Below are positions 51,852 to 64,000 of a stretch of DNA of 64,000 nucleotides, in pieces. The notes beneath the pieces are model-generated. The model was given only the letters and a program-made list of their open reading frames with translations, made no database searches and had not been told where the DNA came from. A program made the position numbers and the translations under genes. This DNA comes from Octopus vulgaris (taxonomy: Eukaryota), in contig OX597842.1 of NCBI GenBank assembly GCA_951406725.2, positions 1,798,001 through 1,862,000 on the forward strand, written 5' to 3'. How positions within the stretch are numbered: position 1 is the stretch's first letter; each line of letters begins with the position of its first letter.

Positions 51852-52751
51852 AAGGGTGAAAAGGAACACACGAGTTGATATATATGAAAAAACAAGTCAA
51901 AAATAGAAAATGCTAAAATAATTTTATAGTGAACATTTCAGTACCGGTTTCGGTCATTTTGAGAACCTTTCAACTGTAACGATTAAATAATTAAACAATT
52001 AATATACCTCAACTTTAGAATAAAAGAAATATTCACACACAAATATTACATTCCAAAGAATCCATTACTAATCACAGCTAAAATCACAGCTATAATCCAT
52101 AACATGCCAACTTCAAATCATATAACACCTCACTACTTTAACCCATTCATATTCTCCCTTCTCTGTTTTTTTCTTCTTCTTCCTCTTCTTCTTCATCATC
52201 ATCATTGTCGTCATCGTCGTCGTCATAATCATCACCACCATCGTCATCTTCTTCTTCTTCTTCATCTTCTTCGTCATCGTCGTCATCAACATCGTCATCT
52301 TCTTCTTCTTCTTCTTCTTCTTCTTCTTCCCCTTAACTTTGTCACTAATGTTTTTTAGTATAACACCTACTATAAACAAGCCTTTCAATAGAAATATTCT
52401 CCTGAATTGAACTGCGACTGCCAGCCGCCACTGACCATTCAAAATACGACCATCAGGGCACTCCCAGATTCTCCCACCCCCTTTCCTCACCAGCCTTCTT
52501 CCTCTACTACCCTACCAAGAACTCACAACGACCTCCAACACACAAGTGCAAACAAGGGAGTCAGAGAAAGGCAGAATGCTACTTATATCTGAACACTACT
52601 ATAGAAATATTCCTTTAAAAAAACTTTTCTTCTATTTTTTCTAAATTTAATTATTTAATCGTTACAGTTGAAAGGGTCTCAAAATGACCGAAACCGGTAC
52701 TGAAATGTTCACTATAAAATTATTTTAGCATTTTCTATTTTTGACTTGTTT

Positions 52752-52760
<9 letters not shown>
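51850..52760. mobile_element. Penelope-like insertion with ~115-bp inverted terminal repeats, each carrying a U3-A8 hammerhead-like motif
   Basis: Arms at about 51879-51995 and 52646-52762; + strand 52665-52702 CAG-TTGAAAG-GGTC-TCAAAAT-GACC-GAA-ACCGGT-A-CTG; (TA)n on both sides. Confidence 0.65.
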
Positions 52761-52795
<35 letters not shown>

Positions 52796-53053
52796 TGTAA
52801 TATATACATGCATATAAGTGACCTTGTTGCTTATATAAAATGAATTCTACATCATTGATTAGTTCCTCATATAGAGGAACCAAAATGTATTCTAATTGAA
52901 ATGTGCAAAACAGAAATTTTAAAATGAGGTACCTTTTGACAAACCACCTAATGAGACACACCTGTGAGGCATCGACACCTGATGAGTTGAAGCGATCATA
53001 CTGAATAGTAAGAAGTCTCATCAATTCTATTTTCTTTCTCTCATATGTTTTAT

Positions 53054-53126
<73 letters not shown>

Positions 53127-54939
53127 CATACATATGTATATACACACACATATATACTCAAATGCACAAATAGATATATACACATATATACATAGACACC
53201 ATGCTAAATCAGATTGGAACCTGGTGCAACTTACCAGTTTTCAGTCAAACCATCCAACCCATGACAGCATGGAAAACTGACATAGATTGGTGATGACAAT
53301 ATATATACATATATATATACACACACATGCACACACACACATTCACACACACACTTATATTTCGAGATATATATGTATATGCAAATATACACACGTATAT
53401 GTACATATATGCATACATATACATGTATATATACAGTAAGCACCCACACAGTCTCTTATTTCTTTATTACCCACAAGGGGCTACACACAGAGGGGCTACA
53501 CACAGAGGGGCTAAACACAGACAGACAAAGGGATTAAGTCGATTATATCGACCCCAGTGTGTAACTGGTACTTTATTTATCGACCCCGAAAGGATGAAAG
53601 GCAAAGTCGACCTCGGCGGAATTTGAACTCAGTACGTAACGGCAGATGAAATACTGCTAAGCATTTCGCCCAGTGTGCTAACATTTCTGCCAGTTTCTGT
53701 CAACCAAATTCACTCAGAAAGCATTGGTCAGCTCCAGGCTGTAGCAGAAGACATTTGGTAAAGGTGTTGTATATTGGGACTGAACCCACAACCATATGAC
53801 TGCAGTGCAAGCTCCCTAACCACACAGCTATGCCTGTGTACACACTCACACACACACAATTTAATTCTATAGATTAGTTTATTTTCAGGTTTACCACATT
53901 GTCATTTCATTTTCTTTTATTTTTTTGTATTTTATTGTATTCTATTTACCTGTGATTTCAATTTACCTGTAAAGTGAGTGACAAATTTTGCTTAATTATA
54001 TTAGTGAATCCGTTTAAGATTATTGTGAGCATATTGATGCATGTGTAAATTTATTTCCTTTTGTAGTTTTGTTCAAAGATTTTGATAAATTCCTGTATCT
54101 CGTGCTATTACACTTGTTTGGCACACCTGCTTTATCATATGCACTAAAGTTCAATTGAAAATCCAATTCTTGTACATTCGACATGTCTGTTGTATAAATA
54201 TATACACATACACTGAAGATGAATATTGGCAAATAACTAAATTTATCAGGTGATATTTAAATAAAATTTAAACAATCTTTTACGTTTCTGACATTACCTG
54301 CATTTTACCTGTAATTGGAATTACTTTGAGATGGAAAATTCCATCTTTGGATTCTGTATGCACTTTCTGATAAGTTGTGTTCCAGAAATCGCATTTATTT
54401 AGAAACAAACTAAAAAAAAGTTATAGCTGTTTTACAAAACAAATCTGTGTTGCTGATTATTTTAGATAGATTCTAATTGAAACCTATAGGGGTCTATATT
54501 TAGTAAGACATACACCAACAAATGGGATACAGTAGGCTTGGAAGTCAGTAGGTGAAGGTACGTGGCTTAGTGGTTTGGCTATGTTTACTCTTTTACTTGT
54601 TTCAGTCATTTGACTGTGGCCATGCTGGAGCACCGCCTTGAGTTGAGCAAATCGACCCCAGGACTTATTCTTTGTAAGCCTAGTACTTATTTTAGCGGTC
54701 TCTTTTGCTGAACCGCTAAGTTACGGGTACGTAAACACACCAGCATTGGTTGTTGAGCGATGTTGGTGGGACAAACACAGACACACAAGCACACACACAT
54801 GCATATATATATATAGCCGTAGAAACACTGCCAGATCAGACTGGGCCTAATGCAGCCTTCTGGCTTCACAGACCCCAGTTGAACCGTCCAACTCATGCTA
54901 GCATGGAAAACGGACACTAAATGATGATGATGATGATGA

Positions 54940-55009
<70 letters not shown>

Positions 55010-55299
55010 GACGAGCTTCTTTCAGTTTCCGTCTACCAAATCCACTCACAAGGCTTTGGTCAGCCTGAGGCTATAGTAGAAGACATTTGCCCAAGGTGTG
55101 ATGCAGTGGGACTGAACCTGGAACCCTGTGGTTGGTAAGCAAGCTACGTACCACATAGCCACTCCTGTGCCTGTTTCATGATTGTAAGGATGTGGGTTCA
55201 GTACCTGGTTGTGTGTTGTTTCTGTCAGGAAGACACTGTATTCCACACAGCTCCAGTTGCACTCAACTGGTGAAATTAAGTAGAACAGGAATTGAAACA

Positions 55300-56790
55300 G
55301 GACTTGACATGAAATTTTGGTAGAAGTATCTTATTTAGATCACTTGTCTTTGTTTTGATTAAGTTAGGAAATGAAGAATTTAGTAAAATAACTTTGCCAT
55401 TATTAAACTGGTGTTTGAAACAGAGGGACATGAAATTTTGATGGAAGATTTTAAAATTTAGACCACTTTAACCCTTTAGTGTTCACATTATTCTGCCAAA
55501 ATTAATGCTTTTCCATCCACATTGTTTTGAACTAATCATGCATCATCTTGTAGCTATGAGATTTTGATGAGGTAGCTGTTAATTTTTAAAACGATATTGT
55601 AGGGTTGGTCTGAGAGACCAGATCTGGCCAGTTTGAACATAAAACAGGCAGAATACTTCTGGCCGGATATGGCCGGTTTAAATGCTAAAGGGTTAAACCT
55701 TTTGCTACCATATTTCTGTTGAAATATACTGTCTTTGTTGAGATTAAGTTTGGAAATAAGTAAGAATTTATTAAAATAACTTTGCCATTATTGAGTGGGT
55801 GTTTGGAATATAAATTAAGAAGAAATTTTGTTGGAAGGTTTTAATTCAGATCATTTAAACCCTTTTCTTACCCTATTTCTTTTGGAATACTTTGCCTTCA
55901 TTTTGAATATATTTTGAAAATAACAAAGAGTTTAGTAAAAGAATTTTGACATTATCAAACCGGTATTTGGAACATAAATTACCATACTCTTTTACTCTTT
56001 TACTTGTTTCAGTCATTTGACTGTGTCCATGCTGGAGCACCACCTTTAGTCGAGCTAATCAACCCCAGGACTTATTCTTTGTTAGCCTAGTACTTATTCT
56101 ATCGGTCTCTTTTGCCGAACTGCTAAGTTACGGGGACGTAAACACACCAGCATCGGTTGTCAAGTGATGTTGGGGGACATACACACAGACACACAAACAC
56201 ACACATATATATACATATACATATATACGACGGATGGGTTTCTTTCAGTTTCTGTCTACCAAATCCACTCACAAGGCTTTGGTCAGCCTGAGGCTATAGT
56301 AGAAGACACTTGCCCAAGGTGCCACGCAGTGGGACTGAACCCGAAACCATGTGGTTGGTAAGCAAGCTACACAGCCATTCCTTTGCTTTGGAAATCTTTT
56401 AGAAGGTTAAAATTGACATAACTTTAAAACAGGTTGTCTGTGTTATAGAAGCAACGATGGTCCCATGAGTTGATTTGATAAGGGTTAAGCCCTTCGCTAC
56501 TTACCATATTTCTGCTGAAATATAATGTCTTTGTTTCAATCAATTCTGAAAACAATGAAAACTTTAATAAAATAACTTTGTCATTATTAATCTGGTAGAA
56601 CATGAATTAACGATATTTCCTTGAAAAGTTTTAATTTAGCTCATTTTAAAACAGGAAATTTGTATCATAAAAGTGGTTTGCAGGGTAAGGTCTGAGGCGG
56701 GTTTGTATCATTAAAGAATAATGAAGAATTTAGAAAAAATAATTTTGTCACTATTAAGCTGCTGTTTTGGACCATTAATTAACAAAAGGT
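55300..56790 (+). mobile_element. Chain of a second piggyBac-like MITE family joined at TTAA sites (family A SINE inserted at 55987-56380)
   Basis: Repeated ...ACCATATTTCTG.TGAAATA...AATGAAGAATTTAGTAAAATAACTTTG...GGGTTAA units. Confidence 0.65.
55472..55692 (+). mobile_element. piggyBac-like MITE (221 bp) with TTAA target duplication
   Basis: TTAA|CCCTTTAGTGTT ... AATGCTAAAGGG|TTAA; a partial relative lies at about 37990-38147. Confidence 0.8.
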
Positions 56791-58442
56791 AATATTTACT
56801 GCCATTTAAATATGGATGTTCTGTTAGAACAAACTATACTGTGGTAGATACCACGAGAGAAACTCTCATATTGGTATTTGGGTGAAAAATGCACTCTAGT
56901 TTATATCCCACGTGGGGAGATAATTCTCTGCTACCTTCAGTGGTGAGACCACCAGATCACATTATTTCAACCTTTGTTGGTCTCGTCAGTGTAGGAAGCT
57001 TGACTGCAGGAGACAGCAGTGATTCATCTCCCTGATGTATAGAAAAATAGTACCTGAACAGGCACTGATGTTTTAATTAGCCGATGAGCTAATGTTGTGA
57101 TTAGCTGGACCTGTGAAAAATTCACGGGAAACATAAAAAATGTATTACGGAGATGTACTTGCATAGCAAGTGACCTGATCTCAGATCATGTGCTGGAACG
57201 AAAACAGTTGCAGCGTGGAAGGTGTTTGTAAGCCATTTAAGAAACACACAAAAACCATTAGATTCACTTCAACATTTAAATTTAATTTGCTAAAATATTT
57301 TCATTGCTTTGACACCACAACCTGTTCACTGACAAAATCCTGTGCTGCATAAAAACTGTAAGCATCTGGAAACAGTGTACTGGTGCCATGAGAAGTGTTT
57401 ATATATTATGACCGTCTGTCTTTACGTTCTGAGTTCAAATTCTGCCAAGATCGACTTCGCCTTTCGTCTTTTCGGGATCGATTAATTAAGTATCAGTTGT
57501 GTACTGGGGTCGATCTAATCAACTGGCCCCAACCCCACAAAAAATTCAGACCAAGAAAAGTATATTGTAACAGTTACAGAATATAGAAAGTAATGTAACA
57601 CCGATGACTATATAATCCAACCGAAATATCTGTTACACAAACGTAAACGGAATTACTATTTAACCTTAAAATACATTGTAAAGGAACCTTAATGTATAAA
57701 TTGAAATGCAAAAGAACGAAATAATAAATGGATTTATGAATGAAAGTTTGGTAATTGCATTTATTTCCACCACACGACACTTATTATTGCAAACATGTTT
57801 TAAGTAAACCTATACTATACACAAATAAATACATTCATATATATAAGTCTCAAGTTGTAGCTGTAATTCAATGGGGTCTGCCTTGTCATATTCTGTGTGA
57901 GGCTGTATCTCCCTGAGAACTATGTTAATGTTATGCATGTCTGTGGAGTACCCAGCCATTTGTGAGTTAATTTTATCATAGTGTGGTAATGAAAAGTGAA
58001 ATTGACATCCAATATTTCTCTGTATATGTATCTATGTATGAACTTTTCTTTGGATTTATGTGTATGTTGTCTCTTTCAGTTTCTCTCTTTCTCTTTCACT
58101 TCCTTTGTGCCCAAGGTGCTACACAGTGGGTCTGAACCTGATACCATGTGTTTGGGAGGTAAGCCTCTTACCATACAGCTGTAGCATGTAGCCATTTTCA
58201 AATAGTAGCGCCAACTTGTGGTAGCTGGCAATATGATATAATGTCGTGTTGCCGAGGAAATATGATTGTCATTTTCCCATTGGTTGAAATAACTGCTCAG
58301 ATAGGAATTCTAAAAATTAGTTAAAGAATATTTTTATGTGATTAAAGTCAAGTTGAACAGTTATAAAAACCCTGGATTTTGGGAAAAACTTGAGTCTTTG
58401 TGGATGTAACTAAACTCCACGACACTCACTCCTTTGAGACAT

Positions 58443-58657
58443 TACTCTTTACACTTTACTCTTAGTTGTTTCAGTCATTTGACTGCGGCTATGCTGGAGC
58501 ACTGCCTTTAGTCGAGCAAATTGACCCCGGGACTTATTCTTTGTAAGCCCAGTACTTATTCTATCGGTCTCTTTTGCCGAACCGCTAAGTGACGGGGACG
58601 TAAACACACCAGCATCTGCTGTCAAGCAATGCTAGGGGGACAAACACAGACACACAA

Positions 58658-58706
<49 letters not shown>

Positions 58707-59055
58707 TACGACAGGCTTCTTTCAGTTTCCGTCTACCAAATCCACTCACAAGGCATTGGTTGGCCCGGGGCTATAGCAGAAGACACTTGCCCAAGATGCC
58801 ATGCAGTGGGACTGAACCCGCAACTATGTGGCTGGTTAGCAAGCTACTTACCACACAGCCACTCCTGGTTATTTTTTTATGCCATGTCTATGAAAAATCC
58901 AACACCGCCATATACTCTTTACTCTTTTACTTGTTTCAGTCATTTGACTGCGGCCATGCTGGAGCACCGCCTTTAATCGAGCAGCTCGACCCTGGGACTT
59001 ATTCTTTTGTAAGCCCAGTACTTATTCTATCGGTCTCTTTTGCCGAACCGCTAAT
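58443..59055 (-). mobile_element. Family A SINE (full length, 58443-58867) plus a 3' fragment
   Basis: Reverse-complement matches to 50942-51345. Confidence 0.88.
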
Positions 59056-59074
59056 TTTGTAAAATAAATTTTAA

Positions 59075-59522
59075 TATTCGAATCAGATGAAAGCAGAAAG
59101 TTTCTACCATAGAACTAGGAAGAGTCTCGTTTGCATTGCTATCAAAAGGGTTAATTGTCTTGATATATTTCTGAAGAAATATGATGGCTTTGTTTCAATT
59201 AATTTCGAAAATAATGAAGAATTCTATCAAATAACTTTCTCATTATTAAGCCGGTGTTTGAAACATAAATTGACAATTTTGATAGAAGGTTTTAATTTAG
59301 ATCAGGAAGATTCTATCACAAAACTGGGGGGGGGAGAGTTGTCTCTGGCAAAGAACAGGGAAGAATTTAGTAAAATAACTTTGTCATTATGCAGCTGGTG
59401 TTTGGAACATAAAATTAATACAAAATTTTGATAGAAGATTTTAATTTAGATCACTTTAAAACAGGAAGTTGGTATCATAGAACCTGGGGCAGTCTCTAGT
59501 TGGTTGGTACCAAAAAGGTTAA
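59075..59522 (+). mobile_element. Further units of the TTAA-linked MITE family
   Basis: Same internal motifs as 55300-56790; ends AAAAGGGTTAA and AAAAAGGTTAA. Confidence 0.6.
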
Positions 59523-60394
59523 TTACTTTTCGACAAGAATTATTCTTTAAATGTGATATTACATTGCTCTAAAAGACATGCAACTCTCAATTTAGCGCTA
59601 AATATTGTTTGTGCATACATGCAATCAATATGTGTCTTGTGCTAAGCACGAAAAAGGAAGTTTTCATTTGCTTTCTTCTTTCCTTCCTTCCACTGCCTTT
59701 GTTCTCTCTGTCCAACTTTGTGATGAAGAGCCTCAGCTCAAAATATCAATGACATTTCTCCTTTTGTAATCTCTTTTTGAGTGTTAAATTAGCAATTAAA
59801 TTTTATTTTTATTCTGTTTCCCAAGTGATTTGATCTGTAATTTTTTAACATGTGTGGACACACACGTGTGTGTGTGTGTGTGTATGTGTGTGTGTGTGTG
59901 TATGTGTGTGTGTGTGTGTGTGTGAGGGGCAGGGTTTGATTATCAATATTGCTTCAACATCCTCTTTTCCATGCTTGCATGAGTCAGATGGAATTTGTTG
60001 AGGGAGATTTTGTATGAATGGATGCCCTTCCTGTCACCAACCCTCACCTCTTTCAAAGCAAAGTAATATCTACCCATGCTCATTTCATGTTTTCACACAA
60101 GAATCTTAATAAAGGACACTGCTTATGTAATGTTGACATTTATGTCTAGAGACCGTAATATGCACATATACACTCACACATGTATATTATATATATGACA
60201 GACTTCTATCATAAGAACCAGAAAATAGAGAATGCCTGATGAAGAAGCATTGATTGCAAGGTGTTAATGAGATAAACTTTAACATAGTCCAAACTGTGTG
60301 GCCTTGGTTTCAATTCCACTTTGCAGCACCTTGAGCAAGTGTATACTCCTGTAGCCTCAGGCGGGCCTAAGCCTTGTCGGTGGACTTTATTGAC

Positions 60395-60985
60395 AATTGT
60401 AGTCGTGGCTGATACCAGTGTTACGTAATTGGCACCTGTGCTGGTTACAGGTGAGAAGTACCTTTCAAGTGTTGGGCCTCATGGAGGCAATGTGGCTGCT
60501 GCGGGTGTCGTGTACCTGGCACCCATGCTGGTGACACATAAAAAGAACCTGTTAAGCGCTGGGCCCCACAGAGGCAATGTGCACAATGCCAGTGTTGCAT
60601 AAATGGCACCTGTGCTGGTGGCATGTAAAAAGCACCTTTGGAGCATTGGGCCTCACAGAGGCATTTGACATCTGTGCCAGTGACACCTAAAAAGCACCCA
60701 TTGAGTGTTGGGCCTCACAGAGGCAATGTGGCCGATGCCAGTGTTGCATAACTGGCACCTATGCTGGTGGCACATAAACGACACCTTTTGAGTGTTAGGC
60801 CTTGTGGAAGCAATGACAAATGACCGAGACCTTTGGCAATATATTGTGCTTGAGAAGATCCACCAAGTCTAGTGAAATTGTAGTGTTGGTGGATACTGGT
60901 GTCACACAGCTGGTGCATAAAAGCACCAATTACTCTCTTGGAGTAGTTGGCATCAGGAAGGGCATCCGGCCGAAAAACCATCTCA
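60395..60985 (+). repeat. Minisatellite (61-88 bp units) built from an RTE-LINE ORF end and 3'UTR
   Basis: Five TTGGGCCTCACAGAGGCAAT-type units; the last continues as LGLVEAMTNDRDLWQYIVLEKI and then GGCATCAGGAAGGGCATCC. Confidence 0.7.
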
Positions 60986-61765
60986 GCCCAGAACTGTAAA
61001 AGCCGGGCAATCTAGAGTCAATAAAATCTTGGAAGGCCTGTTTTACAGCATCATCGGAATTAAATGGGTTTTTTTTTCCTATCAAAAAGTTATCCAAATT
61101 GTGGAAGAAGTGGTAGTCAGTGGGGGCAAGATCAGGTGAGTATGGTGGATGATGGAGAACTTCCAACTCCAACTCCTGTAGTTTTGCCAATGTCATTTTT
61201 GCAATGTTTGGTCTGGCGTTGTCTTGCAATAAAATAGGAGTGGATCTGTTGACTAATCTAGGCTGCTTTGTTTTTGTAAGTTTCTGCATCATTTGATCCA
61301 GTTGGCTGTAGTATACTTCGGCTGTGAGCCAGGTTTAATGAAATCATAATGGATCTCACCTGTGCCAGACCAACAAATACACACCATCAGCTTCTTCTGA
61401 TGAATTTTGCTTTGTGGATTGTGTTTTGGTGGCTCGTCTTTGTCCAACCATTGTGCTGAACATTTACGGTTGTTGTACTGGATCCATTTTTTATCAAATG
61501 TTACAATTCGATTAAAAAATGATTCATTTTTGTGACGAGAAAGTAGCATAATTCAGGCTTCCAAACATTGCTGTTTCTGATTTTCATTGAGTTCATGTGG
61601 AACCCAACTATCCAACTTTTTCACTTTACCAATTTGAACTAGGTGAGTCAATATTGTTTGCTTGCGAGCACCAAACAACAACAATAATTCACAGGCACTT
61701 TGAGATGGATCTGACTCAATGCTGGCTTTCAGTTCATCGTTATCCACCTTTGTTTCTGGTCGACA
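60986..61765 (-). pseudogene. Truncated mariner transposase (cecropia/Hsmar1-like)
   Basis: GKVKKLDSWVPHEL, RIVTFDKKW, HQKKLMV, LQDNARP and HPPYSPDLAPTDYHFF motifs; stop and frameshift; no TIRs visible. Confidence 0.9.
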
Positions 61766-62325
61766 TTGCTCCAGTTCACTCAGCTGTTGAAATGAGTTGT
61801 GACATGAAATGAGTTGTGACATTACTGGTGCCAAGCCATATCGGCCTTTGCCTTTCCCTTGGACAACATTGGTGGCATGGCGAGGGCAGGCTGGTATGCA
61901 TGGACAACTGCTGGTCTTCCATAAACAACATTGCCTGGACTTACGCCTCGGAAGGGAACATTCTAGGTGAAATCCCATGGTTATTCATGACAGAAGGGGG
62001 TCTTTTCCATTTTACCCTATGTACATATAATGGTGTAGAAAGGGCAGGCTGGTATGCATGGACAACTGCTGGTCTTCCATAAACAACATTGCCTGGTCTT
62101 GCGCCTCGGAGGGGAACTTTCTGGGTGCAACCCCATGGTCATTCATGACCGAAGGGGGTCTTTGCCCTTTACCCTATGTACATATAAGGGTATGGAGAAG
62201 GGAGGCTGGTATCCATGGGTGACTGCTGGTCTTCCATAAACAACCTTGCCTGGACTTGTGCCTCGGAGGGGAACTTTCTAGGTGCAACCCCATGGTCACA
62301 CACGACTGGAGAGGGGTCTTTATCC
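61766..62325 (+). mobile_element. Headless family E SINE with a triplicated 158-bp 3' part
   Basis: GGG.AGGCTGGTAT...GAAGGGGGTCTTT units at about 61883, 62041 and 62199. Confidence 0.78.
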
Positions 62326-62599
62326 TTCTTCCTTCCTACATGTGTGTATGTGTTTTAGTAGGTATTGTTCTTTGAATAGATAGATTGCAACAGATTCTTC
62401 ACTGCTGCCATTCTAACACTGTCTTTGACAAGAGTGCCACAAGATTGTCAGCCTCCTTCTGACATTTCTCACTTCTCTGATGCCACGTCAGAGTTTGGTC
62501 CTGCATTTTAGCAGATTCTGGTGTTAATGGAATGCTAAAAGTTGGTCATAAATTCCTGTTGGCTGAAATTTTAGAAATTTTATGTAACAATAGTGTGAT

Positions 62600-62607
62600 T
62601 AGGTGTG

Positions 62608-62640
<33 letters not shown>

Positions 62641-63557
62641 ATGGGCATCTGTGGATATATGTATGTGGGTATGTGTGTATTTGTGCATAGATGTTATGTA
62701 AATGTGTGTATACATGTATGTGTGTATAAATGTGTGTATGTGTTTATGTATATATACATGTGTTTGTGTATTGGCATATGTAGATATGTGTGTGTGTTTG
62801 TGCATAAGTGTTATGTAAATGTGTCTATGTGTATTTTATGTATATATGTGTGTGTTTATATGTATGTATATATATGTGTCAATGTGTGTGATTATATGTA
62901 TTTGATTATGTGTATAGTGTGTGTGTGTGTGTGTGTGTGAGAATATGTGTATATATGTGTCTGTATTGTGTGTGTATGTGTGACTGTATATAATGTATGT
63001 ACGTGTGCATATGTGTTTCTCTGTTTGTGTATATGCTAGTAGATATATTTGTGTGTGTATATATGTATGTAAATATGTGTAGAGAGTATCTGTGTGTGTG
63101 TGTATGTGTATGTTCATATGGGTATATATATATGTGTGTGTGTGTGTGTGTATGTTCATATGGGTATATAAGCCATTAAATGTATGTACCTGTACATGTG
63201 TATGTATGTGTGTAAATGTGAAGGTGTGTTTGTTTGTCTATATTATGTGTGTATGGGTGTGTGTGTTTCTGCATGTGTGCGTTTACGTGTGTGTGTGTGT
63301 ATGTGGAAGTATGTTGTGTCTTTGTGAATATCAGGTAATGTATCTCTTCAATTATGTGAGTGTATGTGTTAATGGATGTGTGTGTCAGTGTGTGTGTCAG
63401 TGTGTGTGGCAGTGTGTCAGTGTGTGTATGTGTAAAAAGATCAGTGTGAGAGAGATCTGTGTGTGTATATGTATACCCCTGTCTTTTTGAGTGTGTTTAT
63501 CTCTGCTTGAGTGTGTGTATGAGGTGATTTTTAGAGAGAGAGAGAGAGAGAGAGAGA

Positions 63558-63602
<45 letters not shown>

Positions 63603-64000
63603 TGTGTATGCATGTGTGAGTATAGACTTGCCTAGGTATGCGTATGCAAAGGTATATTTCTGTATTGTATTGCTTCTATGTGAGTATTACACAGTGTATG
63701 GAAGTATTAATTCTGAAGTATGTCTGTGCATGTGTGTATACATAAGAATATATGTATGAATGTATGTATGCATGCGTATGTATGTATACATATGCTTGTG
63801 TATGCTTATGTGTGTATTTATGTACATCAGTGTACACACACATACCTTTATATATAAGTATATAAAGGTGTGTGTGCATACAGTTATATTCATAAATATA
63901 CACTTAAGCATACACAAGAATATATATATATATACATACACACAGACACACATGCATATACACTCAAAATTGCAAGTATGTGTGTGTGTATATATATATA
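62600..64000. repeat. Degenerate (TG)n/(TA)n/(GA)n microsatellite field
   Basis: Direct inspection. Confidence 0.9.

Noticed and set aside
52978-53010. CTGATGA followed by a short stem (also CTGATGA at about 60235)
   Set aside because: No GAAA/UH and no stems I and III, so not counted as hammerheads.
60930-61978. SETMAR-like domesticated gene
   Set aside because: No SET domain; stop, frameshift and truncation by other repeats.
44702-64000. Search for the next STPG2 exon (PGPGxY repeat)
   Set aside because: No AG-ORF-GT segment with the motif was found by eye; it is probably beyond the window, though a short exon could be missed.

Overview
Repeat-saturated, AT-rich eukaryotic DNA. The SINE types and very high (TA)n/(CA)n/(ATT)n density point to an octopod cephalopod (Octopus-like); this is inferred, not verified. 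The only host-gene signal is two phase-0 exons on the + strand (169-324 and 44474-44701). They splice in frame to a peptide resembling sperm-tail PG-rich repeat protein 2 (STPG2) and are separated by a 44,149-bp intron; no further exon was found. The rest is intronic: several tRNA-headed SINE families with shuffled modules, 3' fragments of CR1/L2-like and RTE-like LINEs, three mariner lineages plus MITEs, TTAA-linked piggyBac-like MITE chains, a 4.7-kb higher-order (TTC)n array and a few unique islands that look regulatory. The most unusual signal is a set of short, mostly (TA)n-embedded, often fold-back elements carrying minimal type-I hammerhead-ribozyme-like motifs, in which the core 3-8 pair appears as C-G, U-A and G-C. 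These are consistent with Penelope-like terminal repeats. Nearly all long ORFs in the supplied track are microsatellite artefacts. Repeat boundaries were read by eye and are approximate.
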